A stretch of 64,000 bases of DNA from Antedon mediterranea. Its lineage: Eukaryota; Animalia; Echinodermata. The stretch covers positions 5,146,001-5,210,000 of the forward strand of contig NC_092672.1 of assembly GCF_964355755.1 (NCBI RefSeq). The letters are read 5' to 3'. The notes beneath the pieces are model-generated. The model saw nothing but the letters and a program-made list of their open reading frames with translations. It was not told where the DNA came from and ran no database searches. This document shows, piece after piece, positions 11,279-23,663 of this stretch; the first letter of the stretch is position 1; the number at the start of each line of letters is the position of its first letter. The position numbers and the translations under genes were made by a program.

Positions 11279-14200
11279 TCAGCATACACATGTTCCGTTA
11301 GAGGGCGCAGTCATGTACATATGCGCTGTTGACGGAAAAAACGTTGATTCAGTTAGACATGTGCTGCTTTCATCGGCTGCCCACGCTGGAAAGTTTCGCG
11401 AATCAAATATCAGGATACCGTAAGTATTCATCATTAAGTTGATAACAATGATTCCGATCACATTCATCATAGCACCAGCTTTGGCCTATTTTTAACATCA
11501 CAAAAAAGAAATAATTCAAATTTAAACATTTTAGAAATTCTTAAATAGACTCAGTCAATCTTTCAACTTATAAAATTACTCATAAATAACATATTTATTC
11601 AAATAAACACCTCAAATAATGTTCTATGGAGGGGGGGGGGGAGGAATTTATTCGATTGAAGCATTTATTCAACATGGGGTGTTTAATCAATATCAACATG
11701 GTATTTATTATTTGTATAATCTACCACCTTTCAAAGCCCCGGTATCAATTACTTATAACAATATGAAGTCAGCTGCTTTAACTTGCAATATTTATATAGA
11801 ACATCATTAGTGGCTCGAATTCTCTGGGATTCCTCGGATTGCTATAAAAGTACAGTCTTAACTTCCCACTTAAAGCCGGCTTTATCAGATAGACGGTCTT
11901 ACTAAAGCCACCCCTATTAGACCATTGCTATAAAACAGTCTTAGCAAGGTACATATGTGGCGTACACAACCTTTTCAGATTGGCAACCTTATCTTGATTA
12001 CAGATAAGATTTTCAGCTTTGTAAGTGGCTAGTGTAAAAATGTGTGTGCTTTAAGGCCTTAGTGTAAATACGAAAAAAAACTCACCATATCGGGGATTGT
12101 TAGTTGTCCATAAGAAAATGCGATAGCGTTAGGAGGCGTGGCTACTGGGAGCATAAACGCCAATGAACAAGCTAATATTGATGGTATGACAAAATACAAT
12201 GGGTTTTCACACAGTGCTTCAGCCTGATAAGAAAATACAAATTGTTTTATGGCCTGATAAGAGAGTGAAAAATACACATTACTTTAACGTCAACAAAAGA
12301 TTGTCACTTGCCGCTATCATTCATTTCCGATATTGTGTCAAAAATAGACATTTTTAATTTAGATGTGAATGCAGCAAAGACATGTATGATCAAAATCATT
12401 ATCCTGGGCCGTAGCCACCAGCACGGTGGTAAGGTTTCAACCTGACCACTTTTTCACAGAGGCCTTTGACAACCTAGTGGCTTGAACAGAGATTGTACAG
12501 TTTTCTTGTGAAAACTGTACCACTTTATTCCTTGCGACTACATTGTTATTTTACAAGGCTGTGTTGACATTATAATTGTTATAATATAACATAACTTTCA
12601 GCATTCATGCATTTTGCTGATGTTCATTATACTTATATAAAAAAGTACATTATGTGGTCCAATTTGATAAAATAAAAATGAAATTGTAATCTTCAACATA
12701 CATGCATGTCACTAGAGCACAGGTAGTGTACTAGTACTATCTTTGAATAGAGTGATCTGATCAGAAAAAATAAGTCTACATGTGATCTCCCTGATCATGT
12801 GATTTATACCTGTGTTAGTTATTATAGATTGTTTTGACTTAACATTAAATTTTGAATAAACAATTCCAGTGGAATATTAAAGATGTATTGTCTCCCAAAA
12901 AATGAATGTTAATAAAATCAAACTTTAAATAGGCCATTTTGCAGCTTTAATAAAGCTACTTTACTAAAAAGACAAAAGAAACTTTTTTTTTGCTTGAAAT
13001 TATACTTTTTCAGGTAAATATATTTTTCGATCCAGTTTTTGGTCAATGTAAATAACTATTATGTGACATTAAAATAGCAAATTCAACAACAAATTTGGGG
13101 ACAATATATTTTTAAGAACAATACTTGCTTTGGGAACCACATAACATCAACTACAAACTTTACTTACGAGTTCTGCCAAGATTGGTGCAAATATGGAAGC
13201 TGTTGATACATTACTGGTAAATTCAGTAAACATAGCAATCACCACGGTGATGATCAACAAAAGAGCCCAAGGTGGTATTCCATCTAGAGTTGCAAACTTT
13301 TCACCCATCCACGCACTCAAACCTGATTTCTAAATTTAAGAAAAATCAATGATACATAACAAACGATTAACTCTAAATTACAGAAAAACTTCAATATTTT
13401 TATATATTTATTTCAAAATATCTCAGTAGTATCTAAAAAGTACAAAATGTCAAAAAGTAATTTAATTATAATTAAAGGTGACTTTGATGAAATTTCAGCT
13501 AAACTGCAGCTTGGTGGTTAACGTGCTTGCCTTCCAATTCCGAGATCCAGGGTTCAATCCTGACCTCGTGCCAGGGTTGTAACTCTCACGACTCTTTCAT
13601 CTCAACTCTCTAATATATTAAATAGTTTATATATCCTGTAATTGCAGAGTTGCTTGCTGTTGGATGATTAAGAAATAAAATAAAACAGTATTCGCTCATA
13701 TACCTACCTCGCACCCATCAGCTAAGGCAAATCCACCTCCAAGTAGAAGTATAATATTCCAGGCCAACTTCTTTTGTGTGATCTTCCAATCAAGAAGAGC
13801 TTTCCTGGGACCAACTGGTGACTCATCTATAGTTAAAGTCACATACATGTTTACATCAAAAAATCAGTTGGGCTAATTACACATACAAACATAAGTTTGT
13901 TTACTGAATGTTAGAAAAGGGAATATCTCTCCAGGTATGCTACAATAATGGTTTAAGAATGTTGTTGCAAAGGCCTCGACATTGCAGTGCCAGCCTCATG
14001 TTTACGGAATGTAGAATTCCCTCTTTTTATGAATTGTTAAGAATATCAATATATGGCCTGATGTGTAGACTTAATGCAAGCAAAAATATTTTAATCTCAA
14101 CGATTATAAGCAATGTCTTAGTTAAGTCGAAGATGCTCTCCAGATGGAATGCCATCCTGAGATGAGTAGTAGTAATTTTGTTTATTTTATTTATTTCATT

Positions 14201-17200
14201 TATATGTAATTTACTTTCTATGGACCAGAGTTTCCGAAATAAAAGATTGAATGAATGAATGAATATGAGTTCTGTTTTTGTTTTCAAAGATTGAAAGAGG
14301 CCTAAAAAAAACCAAGAAATCTAAAATCCGGTTAAAGATGGTTTATAGATATTAATGGAGAAGTACAAACCATTATTTTTTCTACAGCAAAGAAAGTTTG
14401 GTACATCTGCTGGGAAAACATACAGAAGAAAACATACAAAGATTGCTGCAGTTGCATCAGTCACGTATCTAATTAAGAAAAAAAAATCATGTTTGTAAAT
14501 ATACAGTACAAAGACAGTAGAACAAAGTGTCACTTTTAACCCCTAGGGGTTGGCTGTAGTATATTGTAAAACCTCAAAAAGAAGCCCATGGGCTTCTTCT
14601 TTATTTTAAGACTCCTGGGTGGGCTTCTTTTCGATGTGAGTTTTATTTCGAGAAATTATAGTTTATCACTCCTGTTATTGGTAAATTTCTTTTGCTGTTG
14701 GTTGGGTTTGGAAATAAAAGAAAAAAAAATAAAAAGTGATAAATTCGTTCGTTTTGGGTTTACTTTTGCAAAACCAAAGAGGGGGCTTCTTTCTGAGATG
14801 GGCTTCTTTTCGGTTTTACGGTATACATACTTCCCCTAACAGCAATGTTTTTTTTTATATATATTTGGAAAATTGCCATTGCCTTAAGCAAATTCATTCA
14901 CTATCCTTTTTAAAAGTTGGTAATCCTGTTTACAAGACAAACATATTCAAGATGAGCTACATGAACAAAGTCTTATTACAAGTCTTTCGGAGTGGAGTTT
15001 GTAATTTGTCATTAGAAAAAATCCTGACATGACAGGACTTGAACCGACAACCCTTGAATTGGAAGCCAAGCATCACAACCACCAAGCCACAACTCCACTT
15101 ATTTATCCTTAACTTACTCAGGTTCAGGAAAAATGGCTGACCATCCACCAAATCCTGGTATGAAGGACGGTTCACGAAATATCCACATTAATACCAGCAA
15201 CAGAAAGTGACCAAACACTGCACCTTCAGCCCATCTGAATAATAAAATATTGATTTTAAAATTTATGGTTTAAAGCATAGTAAAAACAAAGGATATCAAG
15301 AAATGACCTGTCACATTAGAGAATGTAGGCCTATATACTGTATATATAATTATATATAAACTTGGCAAACACTGTAAATCCATATAATTATATTAGATGG
15401 GTACAGGAGTCTGTTAGTTAGAAGACTTTTTCCAGGCTTAAGACATTTTAAAGAATAAATAATATATTTTAAAGACAAGTTTTGGCCTAGCCAAACCCGA
15501 TTTACCGGCTGTTTTTAATGCTAAAATTGATCTGGCCAAATTTCGAAATACATATATATATATATGTTTAAAGTGTCATTTTAATTCAGTGTATAGTTAC
15601 AAAACATTAACCATGCATATACAGTGCTATTACCCATTACCTAATAGGTCCCAAATCATCGTACTGCTTTCTGAGCACGTCATTGGCCGATTTCTGGTCT
15701 TCTCCAGAATTACAATTACAGCGTAAGCACTCACAGCACTCTTTGCCACACCCTCTGAATAAGAAGACATATTTAAATAGAATTTAATTAATATAAGAAT
15801 GTACAGTATGGTATAAACATACTGTAGATGTCAAGTAAACCAGCACTGAAGTCAACTGATACTATGTATGACGGCCATGTGTCTTCAGAAGAAGATGAGG
15901 CTACAAGAATAGTAACACAGTTACAGTAGAACACTTATTCGGGAGACCAACCTAGGTGTCCCATTAATAAGGGTGTCCAATGAATAGGGTTTGGTCATAG
16001 TTTTAAAACATATATTTCCCCTTGTTTGTTTCATGGGAAAGTGTATCTTAAAGGGGTGTCCCTTGAATTTTTTTTCAAAGGAAAAGCAGTTTAGCTACCA
16101 CTTTTATTAGTACATCTTGAAAAAAAATAAGATTTTTGTTATAACAAATAATATTCAAAATACAAAATAGCATACCTGAAGCCAATAAACAGGAATTGTA
16201 GCCATAGCCAGGCTAAGATTTCAAGTATAATCATCCCAGGTAAACAGTAGGCCAACCAGCTGGCAAAGGTCACCCCAGCAGCATTACCATACAAGCTGGA
16301 AGAATGAAATGATCAACATGGGAATTATTACACCTGTCATATTTAAATATATATTTGAACAATGTTAAGTGTCAAATTGGGATACTGATATCTGAGGTTG
16401 CACTAAATTTTAATATCAATATTAACTAAAATAAAAAAGTTAACAATTATCAATACTGAATGTTTGATAATAAGAATATTTGATAATAAATTGTGTGTGT
16501 CACTTTAAACAAACAAAACTTTATAGGGCAATTTTTAATTCTGCTTAGGTGTAGTATCTGATACTCATTTACACCTGGATAAAAAACAAAAACACGTATA
16601 GAAAATACTAAGATGTTGGTTTTTATTAGGTACCATGGGTACTAAGTAAAACCATGAGCAACTCGCTCCCAACATTTTTAAAGCTCTGTCTACACTATCA
16701 AACTAGTCTGACAAAAAAATGTAATGTGCCCAAATATAGTAGTATAATATAGTAATATGACATCATTGTGTCTATATATGGACACATTACATTCATCACA
16801 TAAAGTTGATAGTGTAGACAGAGCTTTGCTATGGTGCAACAAGCTTTCTTTGGGACTGACATATACATCTGTAGACAAAAATATAAATAACGTTGCTGAG
16901 GAGTAGAATGCAATTTTAAAATGCCAATCTTACAGTATAGTAAAGATACAGGAATGGTTTCATAGAAACTAGTTGGTGACAAGAACGCTAGTTGGTCATA
17001 CCCAGTACCGTTTTGATTTTACGATCATTCGTGAAACCACCTCACAAATTTTGAAAAATAGAAAGCCAAAGATAGAATATTAATATTCAATCATAAGAAC
17101 ACTATTTTAAACGATTTTTAGGCAAAAAAAACTTTTAAAATCCGGAAACTACCACTGAGCTACACCAAATGACTTGATGTTTGCAACTCTTACTCACTCG

Positions 17201-20200
17201 TCAATGACTGACTGTGCGACAAGATTAGGGCCTGTTCCCGTAAGAGTAGCAGTACCACCGATATTAGCCGCATAAGGTATACACAAAAGTAAGGCTTTAC
17301 TCAGTGCCTGATCTTCACTACATAAACTTTTAAAATCTATGATGACTGCAGCTGCTTCTTCTTCATCAGATTTTGGTTCTTTTTCATCTTCAATATTTAC
17401 TTCATCATTGTCATCTTTTTCAGTCAATCTGTTTTAAAAAAGAAACACAATTATTTAAATTTGTTAAAAATTCTACAATTTTCACTATACATTAATATGT
17501 ATTTTTGGTAAAGGTTAAATAATAACTGTACTATTAGCAATTTAGATTTTTGTATAATTTCTAGTTAAAAATAAAGCTAGCTAATGTTTGCTGGTTTTAT
17601 TATTTTTTATTTTGTGAATTAGTTACTTTTTTTTTATCTGCCAATATCTGTAAATTCAACTTTTTGTAGAATTTAATTAATTATTTTACCAAGAATTTTT
17701 TTCTACAGTCGTTGCTCATTTGCTAGTGAATAAAAAAGGTGTTGTTTCTCTTCATAATTGAATAACACTGTTAAGCTACAGTATGCAAAATAAAATGTAT
17801 TTGTTTCTACAACCATGCTGTTTCATACAAGGCTCTGGGGTAAGCTTTAAAGCTCTGTCATCAAACTTTATGTAACAAAGAAATCTGATGTGCCCATATA
17901 TGGATATGTCACTACCATATTTGGGCATATCACTACCATATTTGAGCATATCACACATTTTTTTCAGACTAGTTTGATAGTGTAGACAAAGCTTTAGGCA
18001 TCTTTATGCCATAGCTTTTCCTGCAAGATCCGGTAGGAATAAGAATGACTGAATTCCTACCGGACATCAACACTGGAAGTAACGACTTCTTCAACATCCT
18101 CAGATGTGTCTTCTGTCTGTGTGCCGTTTCCTTTCATCTCGTTTTCTTCACACACCTTATATCCACCATTAGCATATGAATTATTTCTTGCCTAAATTAA
18201 ACAAATTATTAATTTAAACTATACGGTAAAATACATTTGCTAACAACCAACCACCAAGCAATACAATTGTTTAAGATTCAAGTTTTGAAAGAAATCTAAA
18301 TTTATGACTAGTCCTACTGTCCATATTGCTTCAATTAAATTGATTTAATACTGCCATCAATAAAATAAAAATACAACAACAGCTATTTTATTATCAATTT
18401 ATTTCTTAACTTTTTGATTTATTCTTCTGGTGAAGACTCCAGTACTTCTCCAAGAGGGCTTAGTACCAACCGTATGTCCCATCCAATGAGAGTTAAGGAT
18501 TAACTAAGGATACAAGCAATATGTCACAGACAGGTCTCAAACCAATGCCTCTCACATGCTAGTCCGATATCCCTTACCAGGCCCATAGCCAAAATGCATC
18601 AGAGAGGATTTTTTTGACACCAATTATTTTGCAAGCGCAGTGAGCAAATGTCGGGTCGAGTCGGGTCCAGGGGCCGAAGGTGCCTGGAAGTTGGCTCTCA
18701 GAGCAATTTCGGTTGTTTTAATCAGCTTACACACAAAAGTCTGATGTGCCCAAATATAGTAATAACATGCTTAAATATGGTATGGTATGACATCATCCTT
18801 TTACCGCGCTGCAATGCAACAAAAATAAATGCAGTCAGCAAAACATATATGGCCGCTTAACATTTTTTTTTGTCACATAAAGTTTGATATAGTATAGACT
18901 GAGCTTAAGGCCTACAAAAGATCAAACCCTACCTCAGCTCTTTGCTTTAACACTTCACCAAGCACAGCCTGAGCTATTGGCACCATCATGGCAGTAGTAG
19001 CCGTATTACTGATCCACATTGAAAGAAAACCAGTACAGATCATGAAACCAAGCATCAACCTAACATGTACAGAATTAAATCATTTATTCCTGCTACTACC
19101 AGACTACAATATGTCAGTAAATTACTTATTTGTTCGAGTATTGTTCTGTCTTTACAACATTCATAACAATAGATTTGCTTGTAGAGAGGAGCATGTGTGC
19201 AGACACAGTGGTTCTGGGTGGAGAGCTTGCCATGTTGAAGGAAAGTTTCACTGGTTATACTATGCGTCTGATAAGACCACTAATATAGAGTATAAGCTAA
19301 GTTGTTTTGTGTTTTAGAAAATTAGAACGTCTCCTTTGAGACACCCAATTCAAGGGAGAACCCCAATTAAGAAGGGGGGGAGGGGGGGGGATAGACATTC
19401 CTGTGAGACAGAAATGTGGCAATATTAAGGGGGAATGTTAGGTCCTTTGGTGTTCATAGAGGTTATACTGTAATAAGCACTGAGTACCATTATACTTTAC
19501 CAAGGCAATCTAACAACAGGAGACTGAGCTCGTCTTGCCAAGGAACATGTTCTTATGTCTGGCTGCGACAAATACCAACGGTATTGTACAGTTTCTGTTA
19601 AGGGACATGGAACTGATTGTGTCGCAGCCACAGATAAACACTTTGATCTCCAGAGCTCAGCATCCTGTTATTAGATTGCCTTGACCGTACTTACCATCTT
19701 GGTTCTGACCCAACAAATAGTAAGATCCTTAGAGCAATACGTCGATGCAGATTCCAGGTTTCAATGGCTATAGCCATAATCAAACCACCCACAAATAGGA
19801 AATTGGTATCTTTGAGGTAATTACGGCAGACATCGTCAGATTCCTGCACCCCTAGCATCGGGAATAAGATGACTGGCAGCAAGGCAGTAACGGCAAGAGG
19901 CAGGGCTTCTGTCATCCAGTATCCAGCCATAACGATGACCACAAAGCCTCCTTTAGCTGGCTGTCAAGAATAAAGTTTTTAAACATTCAATTAACTACAG
20001 GACCTTTCTTGAGAGACAGATGACAGATTATTAACAAAGTAAATATGATCATTTTTAGTTTAAATCAGTGGCGTCGCTGGCTAAGCCCAGAGGACCAGAG
20101 CTTACATGGCCACCGAGCAGTGGTCAGAGAAAAAAAAAGGCATTAAAATATGTCGAAAAAGGCTGAAAACGGTTGAGGCTTCCAGCATTGGTTCCATAAA

Positions 20201-22776
20201 CCAGGGGTAGGCCTCTGCGTTACTCCACTGTATATGACTTGGCATACAGTAGTAGAATCCTAGTATTAGGGAACACTTTCGGGACCCAACAAACTCTTTA
20301 ATAGTATCCACTGAATATGGGTTGGCTGTAGAGTTAAAACATATATTTCCCCATGTTTGCTTCGCAGGGGTCCAAAAGGAGAGATTTTACTCTATTTGGA
20401 ATATACAGAGAAATTCACTCCCTTTAGTCCAACAGTGTTTTGATCAGTACAATATTTTGGAAGAATATATGAATGAAGAAAAACAATTGCAACAAATTTA
20501 TTGAGAAATAAAGATTTAATGGGTTGTTCAGTCATAAAGCACAAATTCACACATAAATTATGTGATAGTTAAATCCTAGATTTCTTCAACTTGTTTCAAT
20601 TTTGACAACCAATCTTGATGATTTTTATGATGTTCTAAAACAGAGTTCAAAACAAACAATAATTTTATATAGTATGCTATAAAATGTTTAACAGCTACAG
20701 CATTTGTTTGTACAAAATTAACCAAATAAGCATTAAGGTCAATTTACACAGACGAGCAATCTGTATCTATCCTGAGCGGAAACCGCCCGTCCACACTGCA
20801 TTTGTGTAAATGGTCATAAGGGATGATATAGATTCTATACTTCTATTACCATTACCACTTGTCTGTGTGAATGGGCCTTTACAGTACAATTAACTAATTA
20901 TTATAAGTAGTGCATTGTCAACATTTCAATTTACATAAATTGCAATTTATAAATAATTAAAATTTAAATAAACTGGTTCACAGCATAAGGTTATTTATTG
21001 CATTTATTCTTTATAGAATTATTTTTTATAGGGTCTCGATGTTTAAAACTAAACAAAGGCTTTTTTATTTAAATAAATATGTTTATCGCACAGCCTTAAT
21101 AAATAAAAATTGTTGTTAAATAAATATGATTAGGTCATATAATTGTTGAACTGTTAAACAAGAGATAACCTATCAAGGTTATCTTATATTATTTACCTAA
21201 AGTTTATGATTGCTATAGTGTATATAATATGACTATTTATAATATACAATAGGTACATTACAAGATAGGCCTATATTTCCCCCTGAAAAAGCTGTAATTA
21301 ATTGCAAAAAATAGTAAAATTGACTGAAAGTCAATGAGTTTTTGGATGAATTTACAGTAACCAATTATTTTGTCTTTTTATAAGTGAAAACATAAATGTT
21401 AATAATACTAATGCATAATTATTATCATCCTGTATTATTATCATGTATTATTATCATGTATTATTAGACATAGATCTAGCATGAAATATTCTTCTGGTTT
21501 GTAATCAAACATGGATGTATATACATTTTTTTTTTCTTATTTTACCATTGAAAAATTATACATTGCATGGCTGTGGAGAATTTTCTTCATTTTCTTTACT
21601 TGCTTACGTCTTTTTCATTTCGTTTATTTGACAAACAAACCATATTATAGAAATACACAGAGAGCAGCAGGGACTGCTAAATAAACAAGATTACTATAAC
21701 TTGATGACATATTGTATTCCTCCCCACCCCCTTTATAATAATAATAATAGTTCGTTCTTATATAGTGCTCTACAAGCAAGCTTCTCTAAGCGCTGAACAT
21801 TATTACCCCAGTCATTTTTTGGATCAAACACGTATGGAAACATACTCCCATAATGCAGCTAGTAATCAGCGCAAAGTTGTGTCTTGATCTAACCGGGTAC
21901 CCATTTATACACCTGGGTGGAGAGAGGCAAACGTAAATAAAGTATCTTGCTAAGGATACAAGCAATGCGGCGATAGTTGGATTCGAACCTCGGTCTCACG
22001 ATCAGTAGTCCAACGTCCAACACCCTGCGCCACACGCCCTTTTTATGCTTTTTTTTAATTTTCAGAGTGTATACATTTGTTTGCATAACTTTCAATTGAA
22101 CTTTGTACTATAATGATATTCTTTAAGTATGTTATTACTTTGACTATATCTTGTCTTCTTGCATTCACAAAAAATATATTTGAATTTCATTCATTTCAAA
22201 CTGAACTGTCTCATTGTGAACAAAACAACGCAAAAATGCTGGTATAATAACTTACAATGTAATCAATTATATTACAGTACCTTAGCATAAAGATAGATAC
22301 TGTACAATGTGTTAGATATTAGATAAAATGAATCAAAATTAACTACAATATTTTAAAGGGTAGTTCCATATATTAAAATATTGTTTATTATAAAATTTAA
22401 ACTTTTGCAGCAACATTGATAAATCCCTATTTTATTGTTTGACAGCGGAACAACCATAATGGAATAAAGCTCAATTGTTCACCGTTCTAAATTCTTGTCT
22501 ACACTATCAAACCTTATGTGACAAAGCAAATGCCCACATATGGACACAATGACGTCATCTCACTAGCATATTTGGGCATTTGATAGTGTAGACAGAGCTT
22601 AAGACAACTTTTTTTGTAAGTTTTTTTCCGAAATTGAACTAAATAAGAACAAACAAAGCCATACTTACCCCATTTTGGTAAACAATTGGTAATATTCCTG
22701 CTATCAATGGTAGGAATATTATAACTATTGTTTGTCTAAACGCCCAAATCTCCTTCAATATACTTTTTCCAGCCAT
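11279..22776 (-). CDS. SLC13 family Na+/di- or tricarboxylate cotransporter (SLC13A2/SLC13A5-like), about 645 aa
   Basis: 13 phase-consistent exons: 22776-22669, 19960-19695, 19059-18933, 18191-18061, 17428-17198, 16295-16176, 15754-15641, 15234-15118, 14468-14371, 13826-13708, 13329-13168, 12223-12086, 11485-11279. Family motifs include [64 protein letters not shown] and [12 protein letters not shown]. Confidence 0.95.
13920..14264 (+). mobile_element. 3' end of a CR1/L2-group (possibly Daphne-like) LINE
   Basis: The ORF remnant [40 protein letters not shown] resembles LINE ORF2 C-termini and is followed by AATAAA and a (GAAT)n tail. Confidence 0.65.
14910..15100 (-). mobile_element. tRNA-derived SINE family 2; near-identical copy at about 29990-30175, and related heads at about 13505-13575 and 27945-28040
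   Basis: The minus strand has TGGCTTGGTGGTT (A box) and GGTTCAAGTCC (B box). The body AATCCTGTTTACAAGACAAACAT..GGAGTGGAGTT..TTTGTCATTAGAAAAAATCCTGAC is shared. Confidence 0.7.
16682..16826. mobile_element. PIF/Harbinger-type MITE family A (AGCTCTGTCTACACTATCAAA...TTTGATAGTGTAGACAGAGCT, about 140-160 bp); representative copy
   Basis: About 17 full or partial copies, at roughly 6060, 16682, 17851, 18735, 22495, 23418, 24128, 24401, 28262, 28403, 28585, 29158, 31702, 32879, 39800, 48210, 53995 and 62467. They have long TIRs, an internal GATGTCATATCACTACCATATTTGGGCA repeat and mostly TTA/TAA flanks. Confidence 0.9.
20066..20230. mobile_element. hAT-like MITE (CAGTGGCG...CCACTG); inverted relative at about 44624-44775
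   Basis: CAGTGGCGT / ACTCCACTG termini. The internal AGGCATTAAAATATG..AAAAGGCT is found reverse-complemented at 44685-44720. Confidence 0.55.
21738..22040 (-). mobile_element. Full-length tRNA-derived CORE-type SINE with an L2-like 3' tail; fragments at about 24686-24845 and 61715-61830
   Basis: On the minus strand: A box TGGCGCAGGGTG, B box GGTTCGAATCC, central GTATCCTTAGCAAGATACTT..CTCTCTCCACCCAGGTGTATAAATGGGTACC, and tail AGCGCTTAGAG..CTATATAAGAACG(ATT)n. Confidence 0.85.
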
Positions 22777-23663
22777 GACTAGTGTGGAACAGGCGTTTCT
22801 CCTGAACTGACTTCGTCCAGGGGCTGCATACTCCGTCACCACGGTGATGTCAGGTCCTTGAGTGCTTGATAAACATGAGTTGTAGTCCCTTTTCTGAAAC
22901 AGGCCCTGGTGGTCGTAATCTGATAACAGTTTTGATTCGCTGTTCATTGTTTTATGCAAACATTTCATTGGCTTTAAGAGTGATAAATCTTTCATACATA
23001 ATTTATCATCGTCAATCTGACCTTTCTACCCTTCAAATTTTGTTTGTTTTATCAGGTCGGTCTACAACTTCTCAACCTGTTGCACACATGAGTATGAAAC
23101 TTTACTACTGAAACCATTAATTATTTAAGTACAGTATACGATTGAGGGCAGTCACACCTTTCTACAGATTGTTATATTAACATTTACAAATTCAAATTAG
23201 TTTTTACAAGTTTAAAATTAGTATCAATTGACAAAACACAATTTTTTCTAAAGTTGATGCTTTTATTAGCCACACAATTTTTTGTTTAAATACAACTAAA
23301 ATTATTTTACCAATTACCAACCATGTGACATATTCAGAATAAACAGCGGCAGTCATGTTATCAACTTATTTATTTTGTCTATACTGTATTACCAAGAGGG
23401 TTAAGTTTAGTTAGTACCCAAATATGGTAGTGATATGTCCAAATATGGTAATGATATGACATGTTCATGTATGGGCACATCACATTTTTTAGTCACATAA
23501 AGTTTGATAGTGTAGACAGAGCTTTAATCTGTATGAATAGCTCACCATATGTTATATAAGGTATCTACACAATTACTACATCAGTCGCTATTTCTGGATT
23601 ATGGTATAAAGGAACTAAACTAGAGAAAACTGGGCATAAAATATTTACAAATTACAAATGGAA

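Noticed and set aside
21960-22040. tRNA-like A/B boxes (also at about 5760-5865, 13505-13575, 15030-15100 and 30105-30175)
   Set aside because: There is no complete cloverleaf, and the boxes are attached to SINE bodies and tails.
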